Assembly (NCBI GenBank): GCA_964016885.1
Contig: CAXHJY010000593.1
Span: 124,001-188,000 of the forward strand
DNA length: 64,000 bases
Direction of reading: 5' to 3'
Origin: Eledone cirrhosa
Lineage: Eukaryota
Under the pieces are notes generated by a model. The model did no database searches. It had not been told where the DNA came from and was given only the letters and a program-made list of their open reading frames with translations. Made by a program: the position numbers and the translations under genes. Positions 45,340 to 58,899 of the stretch are shown here, piece by piece. Every line of letters begins with the position of its first letter. Positions within the stretch are counted from its first letter, which is position 1.

Positions 45340-46300
45340 GTCTAAAAACAATAGAAATAACTCTAATAAAATCAATTAATTGAAATTTTTGACAGTATAG
45401 AAAATGCAAATTGGGGTGGGCAACAGATATGTTTCTTCTTTGTTAGACCACCTCAGTAAACCATATTCTACTTAGCTGGCAAGGCTAAGAATGATAAATA
45501 TATACAGAAATAGAGGCAATGGAGTGATACTGATTATGAATTTCAACAGTATGGCTTGGGAATAGTTGTTCTTTCTAGTCTATGAAAGATATTCAGAGTT
45601 TTTAAACTATTTATAAGATAAGAAAACAATGTTTCATAAACAATCTTAAAGTATATGGACTACGCACACACACATACATACATATATATAATGTACTTTA
45701 GTTCTCTGACTTAACGATATCTCCAAAGATTTTGAGTTTAATAATATAAAGGATTTACTCATAGAAGTTTTCCTTTGTTTCTCAGTATTGTTGTCTGCCA
45801 CCCAAGATCATGATGTAATTTGCTGCAGATGGCAATTTATTTAGTTTTGAAAATGATTTGTCTGTTCCTCATATACCTTATTTTTATAACATTTAAAAAA
45901 AAGATAATTGTTTTCTTTGTTATTTTGCTCTTCTAAATTGCTATGTGGTTATATAACTGAATCCTTGTAGTTTCTCTGCTAGACATATTGTCCAATCACT
46001 TAACTGGAACATCATGGGGGCCCCAGTTGTTTGTAATTATTTCTTTTCTTTTATTATTTTTCATTTGGGGGAGTCAGAGGAGGAATGTCTGCTTCTGAGA
46101 CATACTCCAAATGCTCACAATAGAGTGGGTTCAGCTAAACACACCCAATGACCAGGTAGTGATGTTAAACTGAGCAGCAGATTAAGTACTCCACTTTATA
46201 TAATCAATACTTTTGATAATGTCAAATAATCATATATCCACTCATGGTGTCTTGTACCTATAGAAGAAATCCTTATTATTAGTTATTATTACCTGGATTG

Positions 46301-46812
46301 GGCGGTGGATTGGCAGTATCGGTAGAAGGTCGGACGCCATGCTTTCCAGCATAGTTACGTCCCTTTACGATCTGAGTTCAAATCCCACCGAGGTTGACTT
46401 TGCCTTTCATCCTTACGGGGGTCGATAAAATAAAGTACCAGTAATGCACTGAGTAATTTGCTGGCCTTGTGCCTAAAGTAGAAACAATTATTACCTGGAT
46501 TGAGGGCAGTATCGGTAGAGCGTTGGACAACATGCTTTGTGGCATATAATTATGGCCCTTTATATTCTGAGTTCAAATCCCGCTGAGGTTAGCTTTGCTT
46601 TTCATCCTTACAGTGTCGATAAAATAAAGTACCAGTAATGCACTGGGGCTGATTTAATCAAATTTCCCTTTCCCAAAAAATTTTTGGCCTTGTGCTTAAA
46701 TCAGAACGCCAAGGTTAACTTTGCCTTTCATCCTTACGGGGGTCGATAAAATAAAGTACCAGTAATACACCGGGGTAATTGCTGGCCTTGTGCCAAAAGT
46801 AGAAACAATTAT
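46301..46812 (+). mobile_element. three adjacent tRNA-derived SINEs with a MetaSINE-like core
   Basis: Box A tggcagtatcgg (46311), box B gagttcaaatcc (46374) and core gttgactttgcctttcatcc..gtcgataaaataaagtaccag x3. A 16-bp TSD attattacctggattg is at 46285 and 46487. Confidence 0.85.
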
Positions 46813-47124
46813 TACCTACTAGTGGAACAGTACCATCAATAATGATGACAACAGCATTGAACATATTTTATATTTAGAGTCCAGAATTAGTATGCCATAT
46901 ATACCCTGGTTACTGAATATAGGAGCAATATACACACTGGGAAATCTGCGTTTTGATAAATTTATGATTAGCATGAGAGAAATCCAAGAGTTTGTGTTGA
47001 TTACTGACACATGGAAGTGATTAAAAATAAAAATGATATTTTAATAATTTATTTCTGTACAAATAACATACAGGATTATGAGAAACTTTGGAGAAATGAT
47101 TACTGTCCATAATTTGGAGAAATA

Positions 47125-47330
47125 ATTTAATGTCCATTTTTCCACACTAGTATGGGTTAGACGGGTTGTCCCATTTGAGGCAAGTTGGGTCAGGTGACCG
47201 TGTCTCTAGCTCATACAGAACTGTTTCTGGCTTGATTTCTATGACTGGATGCCCTTCCTAACACCAGCCACATTTACAGTGTATGCTGGGTGATTTTTGT
47301 CGTGATACCAATATAACTTTACCATGTAAG
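47125..47330 (-). mobile_element. RTE 3' tail fragment
   Basis: ctggatgcccttcctaacacc motif. Confidence 0.75.
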
Positions 47331-47754
47331 GGTAGTGTGGACAGAAGTGGGTGGGTAAAGAAACACAGGTTGCCATATTTTGATGGTTGATTGTTAGTGG
47401 TAGACAGCAAAATGAGTAAAATGGCAGACAAGATGCCAATAGTGAGATGGATTTATTTCACAGCAGTTCACACAAGATGATTATTAAAATCTTTTTCTTT
47501 TCAAATGAGAACTGGTTGTTAACTTTTTGTGAGACCCTGAAAAAGAAACCTGCTTAGGGTAACTTATGTCAATCATCTCACAATAAAATATATCACTCTG
47601 CCCACCCATGCTGACAATTCAGTTGCCCCTGTTAAATTAATCACTTTGTTTTATAAAATTTTCTATTTTAAAACAGAGTTCAGAAGATAAGTGAAGTTTA
47701 TTTCATAATAGTGAGTAAATGTACTTGAGTGTGTTATGTATTTGTGTATATATG

Positions 47755-48521
47755 GCAAAACGTGCCCAGCCCACACTGTAAAGTGGTCATATAGGTGTCA
47801 TGACAAAGAGCGCCCAGCCACACTGTAAAGTGGTCATATAGGTGTCATGACAAAGAGCGCCCAGCCCACACTGTAAAGTGGTCATATAGGTGTCACGACA
47901 AAGAGCGCCCAGCCCACACTGTAAAGTGGTCATATAGGTGTCACGACAAAGAGCGCCCAGCCCACACTGTAAAATGGTCATATAGGTGTCACGACAAAGA
48001 GCGCCCAGCCCACAGTGTAAAGTGGTCATATAGGTGTCACGGCAAAGAGCGCCCAGTCCACACTGTAAAGTGGTCATGTAGGTGTCACGACAAAGAGCGC
48101 CCAGTCCACACTGTAAAGTGGTCATATAGGTGTCACGACAAAGAGCGCCCAGCCCACACTGTAAAGTGGTCATATAGGTGTCACGACAAAGAGCGCCCAG
48201 TCCACACTGTAAAATGGTCATATAGGTGTCACGACAAAGAGCGCTCAGCCCACACTGTAAAGTGGTCATATAGGTGTCACGACAAAGAGCGCCCAGTCCA
48301 CACTGTAAAGTGGTCATGTAGGTGTCACGACAAAGAGCGCCCAGTCCACACTGTAAAGTGGTCATATAGGTGTCACGACAAAGAGCGCCCAGCCCACACT
48401 GTAAAGTGGTCATATAGGTGTCACGACAAAGAGCGCCCAGCCCACACTGTAAAGTGGTCATATAGGTGTCACGACAAAGAGCGCCCAGTCCAACTGTAAG
48501 GTGGTCGTGTAGGTGTCATGA
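47755..48521. repeat. tandem array, ~16 x 48 bp, derived from the RTE 3'UTR repeat; continues into an RTE tail to 48721
   Basis: Unit acaaagagcgcccagcccacactgtaaagtggtcatataggtgtcacg. Homologous to 44250-44330 and 1090-1180. Confidence 0.95.
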
Positions 48522-48948
48522 CAAAAAGTACCTAGTACCCTTTGTAAATGAGGTTGGCGTTAGGAAGGGCTTCCAGCTGTAGAAACCAACTCAAAATCAG
48601 TTTTGTATGAGCAAGACATGGTCACCTGACCTGGCATTGCCCACAACAGAACAACTCATCTAACCCATGCTAGCATGGAAAAATGGACATAAGATGGTGA
48701 TCATGATGATGATGATGATGACTCCTTGTGTGTATATCACTGTGAATGGGTATAATAGTGTGTTTGTATAAATTGGCCCTCTCTACCTGCTTTGTGTCTG
48801 CCATTATGCCATTAACCCCTTCCCTCTTCTCCAGAAAACTGCAACCTGTCATCATAACTATTTTTCTATTTGTAATTATTTGATGTATTGTATTATATAC
48901 TTTACTGTACCTACCCAGGAGGAAGTAAATAAAGAAAAACAGGACAGA

Positions 48949-49146
48949 AAGTTGAACAGGAAAGTAGATAGATATAGCCCTTAAATAACCACAAAAAGAT
49001 ACAGTTAAGGTGATAGCTTAAAGTATTTTGGGTAGTTTTTATTTTTTTTTTAAATAACCTCCCCAAAATACTTTAAGCTATCACCTTAACTGTATCTTTT
49101 TAGTGGTTATTTAAGAGCTGTATCTATCTACTTTCCTGTTCAACTT
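48949..49146. repeat. inverted repeat, ~84-bp arms (48949-49032 / 49062-49146), 29-nt spacer
   Basis: The arms are reverse complements with a few mismatches. Confidence 0.9.
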
Positions 49147-50394
49147 CCTGGCCCAATTTTTCATTCACCTTGCTTCTTTGACTTCTTCCCCTTTTACACC
49201 ACCCATTTTTCTTTAATAATTTCCTCCCCAAATCAGCCCTTTCTTCCTCACATTTGCTCACTCTCAGATGAAGAACCAGAACAATGAAATGTTATATTCT
49301 ACAGTTCTCATGACAAATAAACTTCACTAATATTTTCCAATTTAAATCATCACCAGTCCCCTCAGATTTCAAATTTTCACCTATTTTAATCTTTCATTAC
49401 TATATTTCTAATGAAAGAAACTGCTCCTGGTTTTCAAATCATTTTAAAAATAATCAATATCTTCAAGATATATAGTAATATAATTAACTTTCTCATTATT
49501 AAGCTGATGTTTGCTGCATAACTTAATAAGGGTTCATAAAATTATAATGGAAGGTTTATAAGCTACAATACTATGGGCATGTGGTTAGAATGTCTCAGGA
49601 AAGAATTGCTGGACAAATCCAACCAGTAAGAGACCCAGGGGTACCCTCCTAGCAAGATAGATAACATCCATGAGCTCACTTGGGGATCCAGCAGGATCAG
49701 TTGGAAATGGTTGTTTCTGACAGGACCCACTAGAAGGAGTGTTTGAGGACACTTCCCCCATGACCCTTTCAGGAATATAAGTGGGTGAAGAAGGGGGATC
49801 AGAAGATTTATAAAAATAAACACTTTAAAACAAGCAGCTTTGTATTGTGGAACCAGGGATGGTTTGGTATCAGAAGAGTTAATATATTATCAAGCTCTCA
49901 TAACAAAGCAATATTTTATAGTTTCTTTTTACTATTTGTGGTTAAAATGGTAGACTGAACATTTTCAAATATTTCAATTTGTCCCTTCTTACAGTTATCG
50001 TTATCATTGCCATCTGGTCAATAAAGTAAGAGCTGCAGTAAAATCTTAAATTTAGCAATAATTAATCAAAACAAGAGTTTGTAGAACGTCAAATAAATTC
50101 AGTCAGTTGTTGTGAGGAGTAAAAAGTCTAGACTGTTAAGTTCTTGCCCTTCAACAGAAAGTTGTAATAGATGAAAGTGTATTGGTGTGATTATAAGCAG
50201 AGAATGAAGACCGAAGAAGCATGTAATGGAGCATAATGCCAATGTAAGAAATAATAATAGTAATAATGATAATAATAATAATAATTATTATAAACAGGAT
50301 TTGAACTCAGACCGTAAAGGACTGTAACTCTATGCTGCAAAGCATGGTGTCCGACCCTCTACCGATACTGCCAATCCAATAATAAATTTGCATA

Positions 50395-50725
50395 ACAGTA
50401 GTGTTGGTTGTTCTGTTGGTTTTCTTTCCTAAACACCAAGCAACTGCTCATGTTCTCAGATATTCAGCACATATCTTAAAGGTTCTTACTGTATCAAGGA
50501 GTCAGGCTTTCTGAAGTGTTACAAGGTTTGTTAAGCTGATCATAGAAATCTATTTGGTGATATTTTCAGTGATCCTATTATAACAGGAATTACTTTTAAC
50601 TCTGGCAGTTCCACAGCCTTTTTAGTTCCCGATATTTATCTTCTTTTCTTTGCCTTTCACTCTGGTGTCAAATGGGCAAGCTACATCCATTATCTTACAA
50701 GTTCTTGTATCTTTATTATTATTAA
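50395..50725 (-). mobile_element. 3' fragment of a REL-endonuclease LINE (R4/NeSL-like)
   Basis: The minus strand encodes CKIMDVACPFDTRV..KE, VIPVIIGSL and LQKA*LLDTVRT, with frameshifts. Confidence 0.75.
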
Positions 50726-53700
50726 TTATTGTTGTTTATATATATACATAGCTCGTTTATGGAAATAATTTAACTGGAAATGAATTTTAATATATTCTGG
50801 AAACTGTTTAATGTCAATTTAAGTTGACTTTTAGTAGAATGTAGAGTATCTTTAATAGAATTTAAAGAATATGGCATGTTGCCTTGAAATACATTAACTA
50901 TTATATGCAAGTGCGCATGCTGACTCATGCATGCATATGTAAATCAGGTTAGCCTGTTCAAACCCATATATAGATGTGATATCTATGTGCATGTGAAGAA
51001 AGGTGAGGGTTTGTTTTGTCTTGGTTACATGGTGTTGCCATTTTGTATAGAAATATCCTCTGGCATCTCCTTTTTTTTCTTTATTATCTCACATATCACA
51101 TACATAAAACAAACATACATGCTAAAACACTCATGCACATGCACTCACTCACAGTTTTGAGATTTAAAAAATGTCTTCTTTTTTTAGTTAGTTAAAATTA
51201 ATAAATTGTTACATAGGCATATAGGTTTAGAAGAAATCAATCAATTGTAGCATAACAGCCTAAAAAGGTATACCATCTCATTGATTTAGTTCACTAAGAA
51301 CTTTAGTGATGTTACTGTGGTACATTCTTACTGAACATATAATACAAAGTGAAGTAACAAGAAGCTTTTGAAACTAGTGGTCGTGTGCTTCAGCAGACTA
51401 CAGTTCATAAAATTTGTAAAACAACTTCAGTAGATGTGTTGTGAGAAGTGGTAAGTCATGAATTTAAAAAAAGTAGAATGAGAACGTAAGTTGCTTTCAT
51501 AAAAGCATTAGCAGTGTAAATGAAGTGAATTATTTTCAACAGGAAACTGAAAGCAGCTATTTGGCTCATCTCAACTGGGAACTTTCCTTCTCTAACAACT
51601 AGCCTTCAAGAGTCTGTTCAAACCGAATATAATATGCATTAAACCTTGTCCAGTAAACAAGGCCTGGAAATGATCCAGATACTGCAGCTCCTCCTAAAAG
51701 TAAACACTTTATCATAATTAATTATATAATTAAATATAATTAATTTAGCTACATTATTAACATTAACAAAAAAAGAATGACATTTGAAAATGTTGTCTTC
51801 TGAACAAAAGAATTCAGATGGCTACAGAAAATTTCACCAATAGCAATTTACCGACCAGCAATTTACTAATTAACAAACTTACCTACAAGCAATTGGCTGA
51901 TTAACATATTTATGATGCCAAATTATTAATTAATATCATGATTTCAATAAATGTTTGAAAAAAATAAAATAAATACCTATTGCTCACAAAATTTATTTTA
52001 AAAATATGAAAATATTGATGAAACTTTGAAAGGATTTCTGAACTAAGAGATGAAGATGAAGATCCTTAAGTATAGGACAATAACCTTGTTAGGTTCACTT
52101 CAAGACTTTTATTCTTTCAGTTGTAATATTTTCAGTTGTTCAAATGAAGTTCTTGTTCATCAGTGAATTTTCGGTCAGCAAACTGCATCGAAGAATTGTG
52201 TTCAATGAATTGTTGCTACATTGGAGGGTTTTCCACACTTAATTTTAAATATTCACCCCACCTTTGGTCTCCATATGTTCATATTTTTATCTCTAATAAG
52301 AACTAAAAAAAAAAAAATTAAATAAATTGCAAGGTCATCATTTTATTTATATTTAGACATGATCTTGTTTCTTTTTTTTTCCTCATCACATTTTTAATGA
52401 TGAAAGTGTTAGCACAGATATCATGCATTTGACCTTTTATATAAAAAAAAATTCCTTTGTCTTCATAATTCTTCAAAGCAATTTCAATTCTTCCAGGTGA
52501 AGAACTTGGCTACATTTATCTCAGTTAATAATAGATCTTATTTTTCTATTACCTCTGTTTTTTCAGTGTTACTTGTCATGGGTCTTGCACATATATTAAT
52601 TGCAATTTTGGGATTGAATATACATTTTCTGTTTCTAGAGGCACAATAGTTCAGTGATTAATATGTGGACGCTATTATAGTTGCTGGTAAGATCATAACT
52701 CTAAATCATAAGTGTTTTACAAACAGGAGAAATCATATTATTTCTTTATTCAATGCCTGAAATCCATTTATTAATATATTTGCATCAGTGAAAACTCTAT
52801 TATATAGTCAAGTACTAAATTTGTCTGTTCATACATTATATTCTTGGTGTTGTGAGAGTTCAATTTTGCTTTTGGCAACTTGCTCTTTCTATCGCTCCAC
52901 CTAATTTTGAGCTTTACTACCCACAAATATTCCATCTGATGTCCTATTCAATCTAATATGTTTCTTCAGGCTACTTGGAAAACCTGCTAGCTACTGGTTG
53001 ACTCATAAATCAATTAGGTTTTATTCGTAAGCAAACCAATTTCAAGCATGGTCATAATTTGTTCTAAGTACATGTTCAGCAATTGAGAAGTGTGAGAATT
53101 ATGTTTGTGAAGAATTCCTATGGGAAATCTAGTTTGTCTTTAGTTCAGAGTTCTATAATCCATCTTTTATTTCACAATACTATCTCAGAAAGTCGTTTCT
53201 TCAAACTCTACAATTGATATTCTACTTTATATTTCTGTATAGACAAAAAAGACACTACTCAGTGAAGTTATCAGTATTTGATTGAGTATGAAGCTGAAAA
53301 ACAGCATTTAACAGTGATAATGTTTTTACTGTGGCATAAAACTGTGTGTGAGAGAGAAAGAGAACGCTAGCTCTATATTTACAAAGTTACACTTTAGTAT
53401 AATGTAATACCAAAATAGTGAGACACTGAGGAAAACATTTAGACCAAAAATATACTATCTTCACCCATCTCTACAATAATATGGCCTGAAATTATGAATG
53501 CATTTTTATTTCTTTGTGCTTTGAAAAGTTGTTGCTGCCATAAATTCTGACAGGAATTGCTTATATTAGAGAGGATGATGACAATATAAGTACCATTAGT
53601 ATTGATTCTTTCTTACTTAGGTTACAAAGCTATCAATTTTAGGAAGGTGTTACATTCATACCTTCCTTTAAGGTGTTAGTAATGTACATGATGTGTATTG

Positions 53701-54234
53701 GCTTCAAACATAATATTAAACCAGACAGTCAGTTTACATCACCACTTGCTTTACAACTTTTGCTACATATCTGCAATTAATATTAGAAGTTCCGGAATTA
53801 AGCTTGCCTTGGACCAGGATTAATGTGTAGGTGAGCTTGCCAATTGACTTCATACTAAGAAAGGCCAGAACATTGCAACTAAATTTTTTCCACTGCCCTA
53901 ATCCCTGTTCCTTATTACTAACGGTTATCTTTAGTTTCTCAAGATCAGTTGGTTCATTTTTAGGCAGGTTTTGAGACATACACGTAGTTTACATAGCAAC
54001 CATGAATGCTTCTTACAACTCACATGGCCATATAAAATATTCTAAAACTCCCTGGAAGTAAAAAGCGTACCAAATAAATTTATCTTGTTGATGGGGAGTT
54101 CAGCTAATGATGATCCAGCTATTATCCATTTCAAACCAGCACTAGATAAAATTGTACTCTCTCATATCTATTATTCAATGGTAGATATTGATACGATAAT
54201 CACATGTTCAATTGTGATTGGGAAATACAGTTGG

Positions 54235-54540
54235 CTTCTTCTTATTGAGTTGCTACACCACATCCATCCAGTGTTGCACACAGAACCTTGACTGGGGTGT
54301 TATGGTTTCAAGGTCGTTAAGTGTGCATGAAGCTTCAAGATAGGGGAAAACTAGAAGATGCTCCATAGTTTCTAATTGCCCACATTAGCAGTTGGAATCA
54401 TCATCGGTGGTATATTCCCATCTCTAAAGGTTGGCTTTACAGTGACCAACAACTGTTCGGAGGTGATTCAAGCAGAACCAAAAGGGTTAGGCATCACTGG
54501 AGCCAGTGGGGGAGGAATTCTGTAGGGTGAGACAAATGGC
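54235..54540 (-). mobile_element. 3' fragment of an Ingi/Vingi-like LINE
   Basis: WFCLNHLRTVVGHCKANL*RWEYTTDDDSNC*CGQLETMEHLL..CTLNDL..HWMDVV*. Confidence 0.8.
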
Positions 54541-55699
54541 TATAATGGATATATTGCTACTAATTGTGCAGTTTTAACTGACACAGAATTCAAAGCTAAG
54601 GAGAATCTTAAATAAATTCAAGGTATGGCTTCCCAATTTGGTCTTAATATCAATAATTACACAATCAAAATACTTTTTTTATGGATGATATTCCAGTCAA
54701 TGTCAACTTGTAAAATGTGTGTTCCATTAACCAAAGTATAATCCAAAGTTACTGGTTTATATGTAGGAAAGAAAATTGTTGCATCATTAAATATCAGAAG
54801 TAGTTCCTACAAGTTTACAATTCAAATAAAATGCTGCTATGAGTATAAAGAGTAAATGAAAGATAGTCTGGATGCTCATATTTTTATTCTCTCTCTCATA
54901 TTTTTATATCTGTGCAAATGCTGTATTTAAATGTACATTTGCCAATTCTTGTTTAACCACCAATAAATTTGATTTGAATAGTTTATAGGATTTTTTTACT
55001 ACATTTACTGTATACAGATTTTTTTATGCCTCCTAGCAAGTTTTTTTTTTTTATGGGGAATCAATTGAGTTAAGTTTGCTCTATCATTAATTTGTATTTT
55101 GTAAAAGTAAATTGAGCATTTGTGAAATTTGAACTCAGAAGCATGACTCTTCAAGCTCAATAGCATAAATTACATGGTCCTATGCTGTACTGGTTGCTGT
55201 AACACTTCTACTATATATTTACTAAATTAATAATGGGTGTGTAACTAAACCAGGAGTAAGAAACATTTATGAGGTGACTTGCCAAGTTATGAATTTTAAT
55301 GAGGTTGTGTGCTGAGAAGTCAGATTTCAACTGGCTGTAACACACTTCCATAAGTTCTCCACACTTCCTTATAATCATTTCAGAAATAAGTCATTTTATG
55401 ATAATTTGTCAAGCATATAAAATGTATCACGCACACATATATTTTCACTCACATATTCCCAATGAATAAACTAAAGCCATACAGAAAGACTAGAGGGTGT
55501 GTAGAAAATTGTATTATCTACTTGGTGTTACTAGTGTTTATATTATTTACTTCAGAAATATGAAGTGCAATGCCAATCCAGTCAAGATTTGACCTTTACA
55601 CCTTGAAAGTACCAAACTGCAGATGCTTTAATCCATCTAATTTTGCTTCTTATAAATTATATATGAATGCATCTGGTCCACCCTATAAGGCAGTCAGAC

Positions 55700-55972
55700 T
55701 AATGCCACTCTGTAAAGTGGTTGTGCTGGTGCCATGACAAAAAAAAAAATCAGTCTGCCATACTGATGCCATGACAATAAGCACCCAGTCCACATAGTAA
55801 TATGGTTGACATTAGGAAGGACATCCAGCTGTAGAAAACCAGTCCAAAAACAGATCATATGAACATGACGTCACCTGACTTGTCTGATATCATAATGTGA
55901 CAACCTGTCTAATCCATGCAAGCACGCAAAATAGACGTTAAACAGTGATGATGATGATGATGATGATCATGA
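55700..55972 (+). mobile_element. RTE 3' tail fragment (two more at ~60600-60860 and ~60865-61090)
   Basis: ttaggaaggacatccagctgtagaaa...ccatgcaagca...(gat)n. Confidence 0.75.
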
Positions 55973-57502
55973 TTTCTAACATTTCTCACATAGCCACAAA
56001 TATACAAGGATGAGGTGCAATCAATTAAATCTACACAAGTACTTAACTGCTACTTATATCAACCCTCAGAATGACGAAAAGCTTAGTCAATCCCAGCAGT
56101 AGCAATACTACTATCTACTACTCCAATAGTAATAATAACAATGATTTCTTGCATATTGAAAGGGAAATAGCAAGTTGCTAGTTTTTATATTTTCCCCTAA
56201 GTGTATTAGCAAAATAGACAAAGTACTAATTGAAATTGGAAACTTTTGACTAAGCATGAAGCTGACTTTTGAGGGAATGGCATAATAGAATGAATCAACC
56301 ACAGTGTATGACTGGTACTTAATTTGTTAAGTCTGGTGAGACTATCAGAATAGAACTGCTGTTTTGGCTCTACTCATAATGCCAAAATTAATTGTAAGAT
56401 TGTGTTATAAGTTAAAACTATGCAGAATTGATGATTATGATAATCCTGGTTCTAACTGCCACTATAGTCAATATAACTGTTGTCTTTTATCATCCTCATC
56501 GCCATTAATGCACTGGGTTATTGCTGGCCTTGTGCCAAAACTAGAAACAATTATTATGTCCCTCAGTACCATCTTCACCATTATTATTATACCTCTTACT
56601 ACCACTACCATAACCTTCATCATTTAGCTGAACAGTAAGCAGTTGTCTATGTATGGCTGTCTTTTGTTGAGAGTCCTATAGTGTTATTGATTTTTTTTCT
56701 CCTTTCCTATACTAACAACATCCGCTCAGCATGTGAAGCACACATGTGTACTTCTATATATCTATGCATTTCTATATATCACCCAACTCATGTCCCTTGA
56801 AATCTCATGATTTCACAATCTTGTTGAGATCTGTTTCAATATCTGAGATCCCACTGTGCAATTCCCATTATTGATTTTTATTTATACACAAGAAACATCC
56901 GCTGTATGTATCTATCCTACAAAAGCAGCAGTTCCAGGAATTTACTTTGTTGCCCACTGGTCAAGAAGGAAAATCTCTTATACTAGAAGTATGATGACTT
57001 AGTTAAAAATAGAACATAATAATAATTGAAGAATATACCTGTACATCCATGGTTTGTATCTGATTACGTATCTGTATTAGTCAGTTTAGAGACATACACT
57101 GTTTAGCTCTGTAGTAGCAGTAGTAGTTGCAATTTGATAATATAGTATGGTGGTAGATGTGTAATGTGCCATATTTGTAATTACAGAACTGGCTTTAATC
57201 GACAATTTCTTTTTGGAGTTATGGTCATATTTCTATTACTCTATTACGTGTTCCTGCCAACAGGCTGAGGCCATGCTGGAATACCACCATATCTGCAGAC
57301 TTTTCATAGAATTATGATCTAGGGGCAATGTATTCTCCATCCTGTTAGCCAGGACCTAGAGGCAGAGTGTAAGTTAGTTAGTGGAGGATACTCATTTGGA
57401 CGTCACACATTTACATATACTTCATATCAAATTATTACTCTACAATGAATAGCCTCATCAATAAGGTTGATCTATGGTCTTAACTGTAGTGTATTATACA
57501 CA

Positions 57503-57880
57503 TAATCTTAACTGTAGTGGCAAGGGGGCTTGTTTGTTCTGTAAATCCGAGAGAGCATTACCGTCTGGAGCTTTGCTCCTGGTAGGGCCACCGTAGGCAG
57601 AGCCAGTCTCTTGGGGAGGTTCCAGACCAACAGTGACCCGCAGTGTGTTGGCTCGCCACCAAAATGGCAACTCCATCATCTGGCTATTCTGCGAACAGCT
57701 AACAGTCCACCCTGAAGAACCATCATCCTGTTATGAAACTGACTAAAAGAAACCAGACTGCCCAACACTGGAACCGACCCCAGCATGCCCCCACCAACGA
57801 GAAATTGAGTGTCAGCTGTACACATGACAATGCATTGGGATCACTGGCTTAGGATGACCCCCAGCCTCATTGAGCAAGAA
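57503..57880 (+). mobile_element. 5'UTR of an Expander/Rex3-like RTE with a structured leader
   Basis: gtctggagctttgctcctggtagggccacc...ggggaggttccagac resembles RTE/Expander 5' ends as I recall them. GC-rich island. Confidence 0.6.
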
Positions 57881-58244
57881 AAAGAAGTGTTATGTAGTCA
57901 AGTTCTTTAACTGCTATGTAATGCAGTTATTACCTTAATTGTAGTGTCATGAAGTTGTGGCTATTCTCAAAAAGAAATTATTACTATATGTAACAATTTG
58001 CACAAGAATACAAATGTTGACTTGATAGCAGTACAAATCAATAATACAAAGTATTTACTCCAGGACTCTAATGTTTTCTGCCAGCTTCATATATATAATA
58101 ATAGTGATTTACTAAAAGTGGACAATTAATGCTACATTGTAAACTTCAAATTTTTCACTTTTTAAAAAATAACACTCATAATTTAGTTTACTATGTTTCA
58201 CTATTAGTTGTACAGATGAAGTTCTGAGTATGTGTAAGAGTGTA

Positions 58245-58573
58245 CTCTCAGATCTTGAACCCCCCCCCCCCCCCACACACACACACACACTCCTTGCTCT
58301 TATTCCATTTTGCTAATCTATCTCCGTTGAAATTTTATTTTAAGTGACAATTTTCTTGAGACATTAAAAAACACTATACATGACGGAAAAAAAAAAACGT
58401 ACATTTCCATACATCCCATACATTATAAAATAAATAGAATTGGTTGGGGTCTCAATATGCAAACTAAACAACTAATTCTGATTTTTTTTTAAATCATTGG
58501 AGACAACCAAGAAAAATTACCGATTTTCCAACCTCCCTGCTTATCCCATCCCTTATTATTTAGGACCTGAGAA
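58245..58573. mobile_element. MITE, same family as 31181-31525
   Basis: Shared termini and the internal ttttgctaatctatctc..aaattttattttaagt. Confidence 0.7.
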
Positions 58574-58899
58574 TATGAGATGTGTGCTTGTGTATTTGAG
58601 TATGTGTACACTTGATCAACATATCAGTGAACTTACTGCCTGTATAACAATGGGAGACAAAATTCTCCAAATGTTAATTTTTCTTTAAAACTATACTTTC
58701 ATTTCTTGTACTTTAAAGAACTTCTTAATGAAGAAAATTCATTTAAAATGTACTCTCCCAAATCTCAGTGATTTCATGTTTATATTTTACCTGGTTAAAA
58801 TTGTATTTTTAATTTAAGGCACAAGTTGTCAGTTCTTTCAAACCATTTTCTCTCTAGACTGGAGGGAAATTAGATGAATATAACCTGTTTTATGAAAGG

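Noticed and set aside
47787-48461. 224-aa Cys-rich repeat ORF as a real protein gene
   Set aside because: It is antisense to an RTE 3'UTR repeat, and a stop-free 48-bp unit explains the open frame.
53734-53979. 81-aa ORF in relatively complex sequence
   Set aside because: No recognisable motif or splice support.
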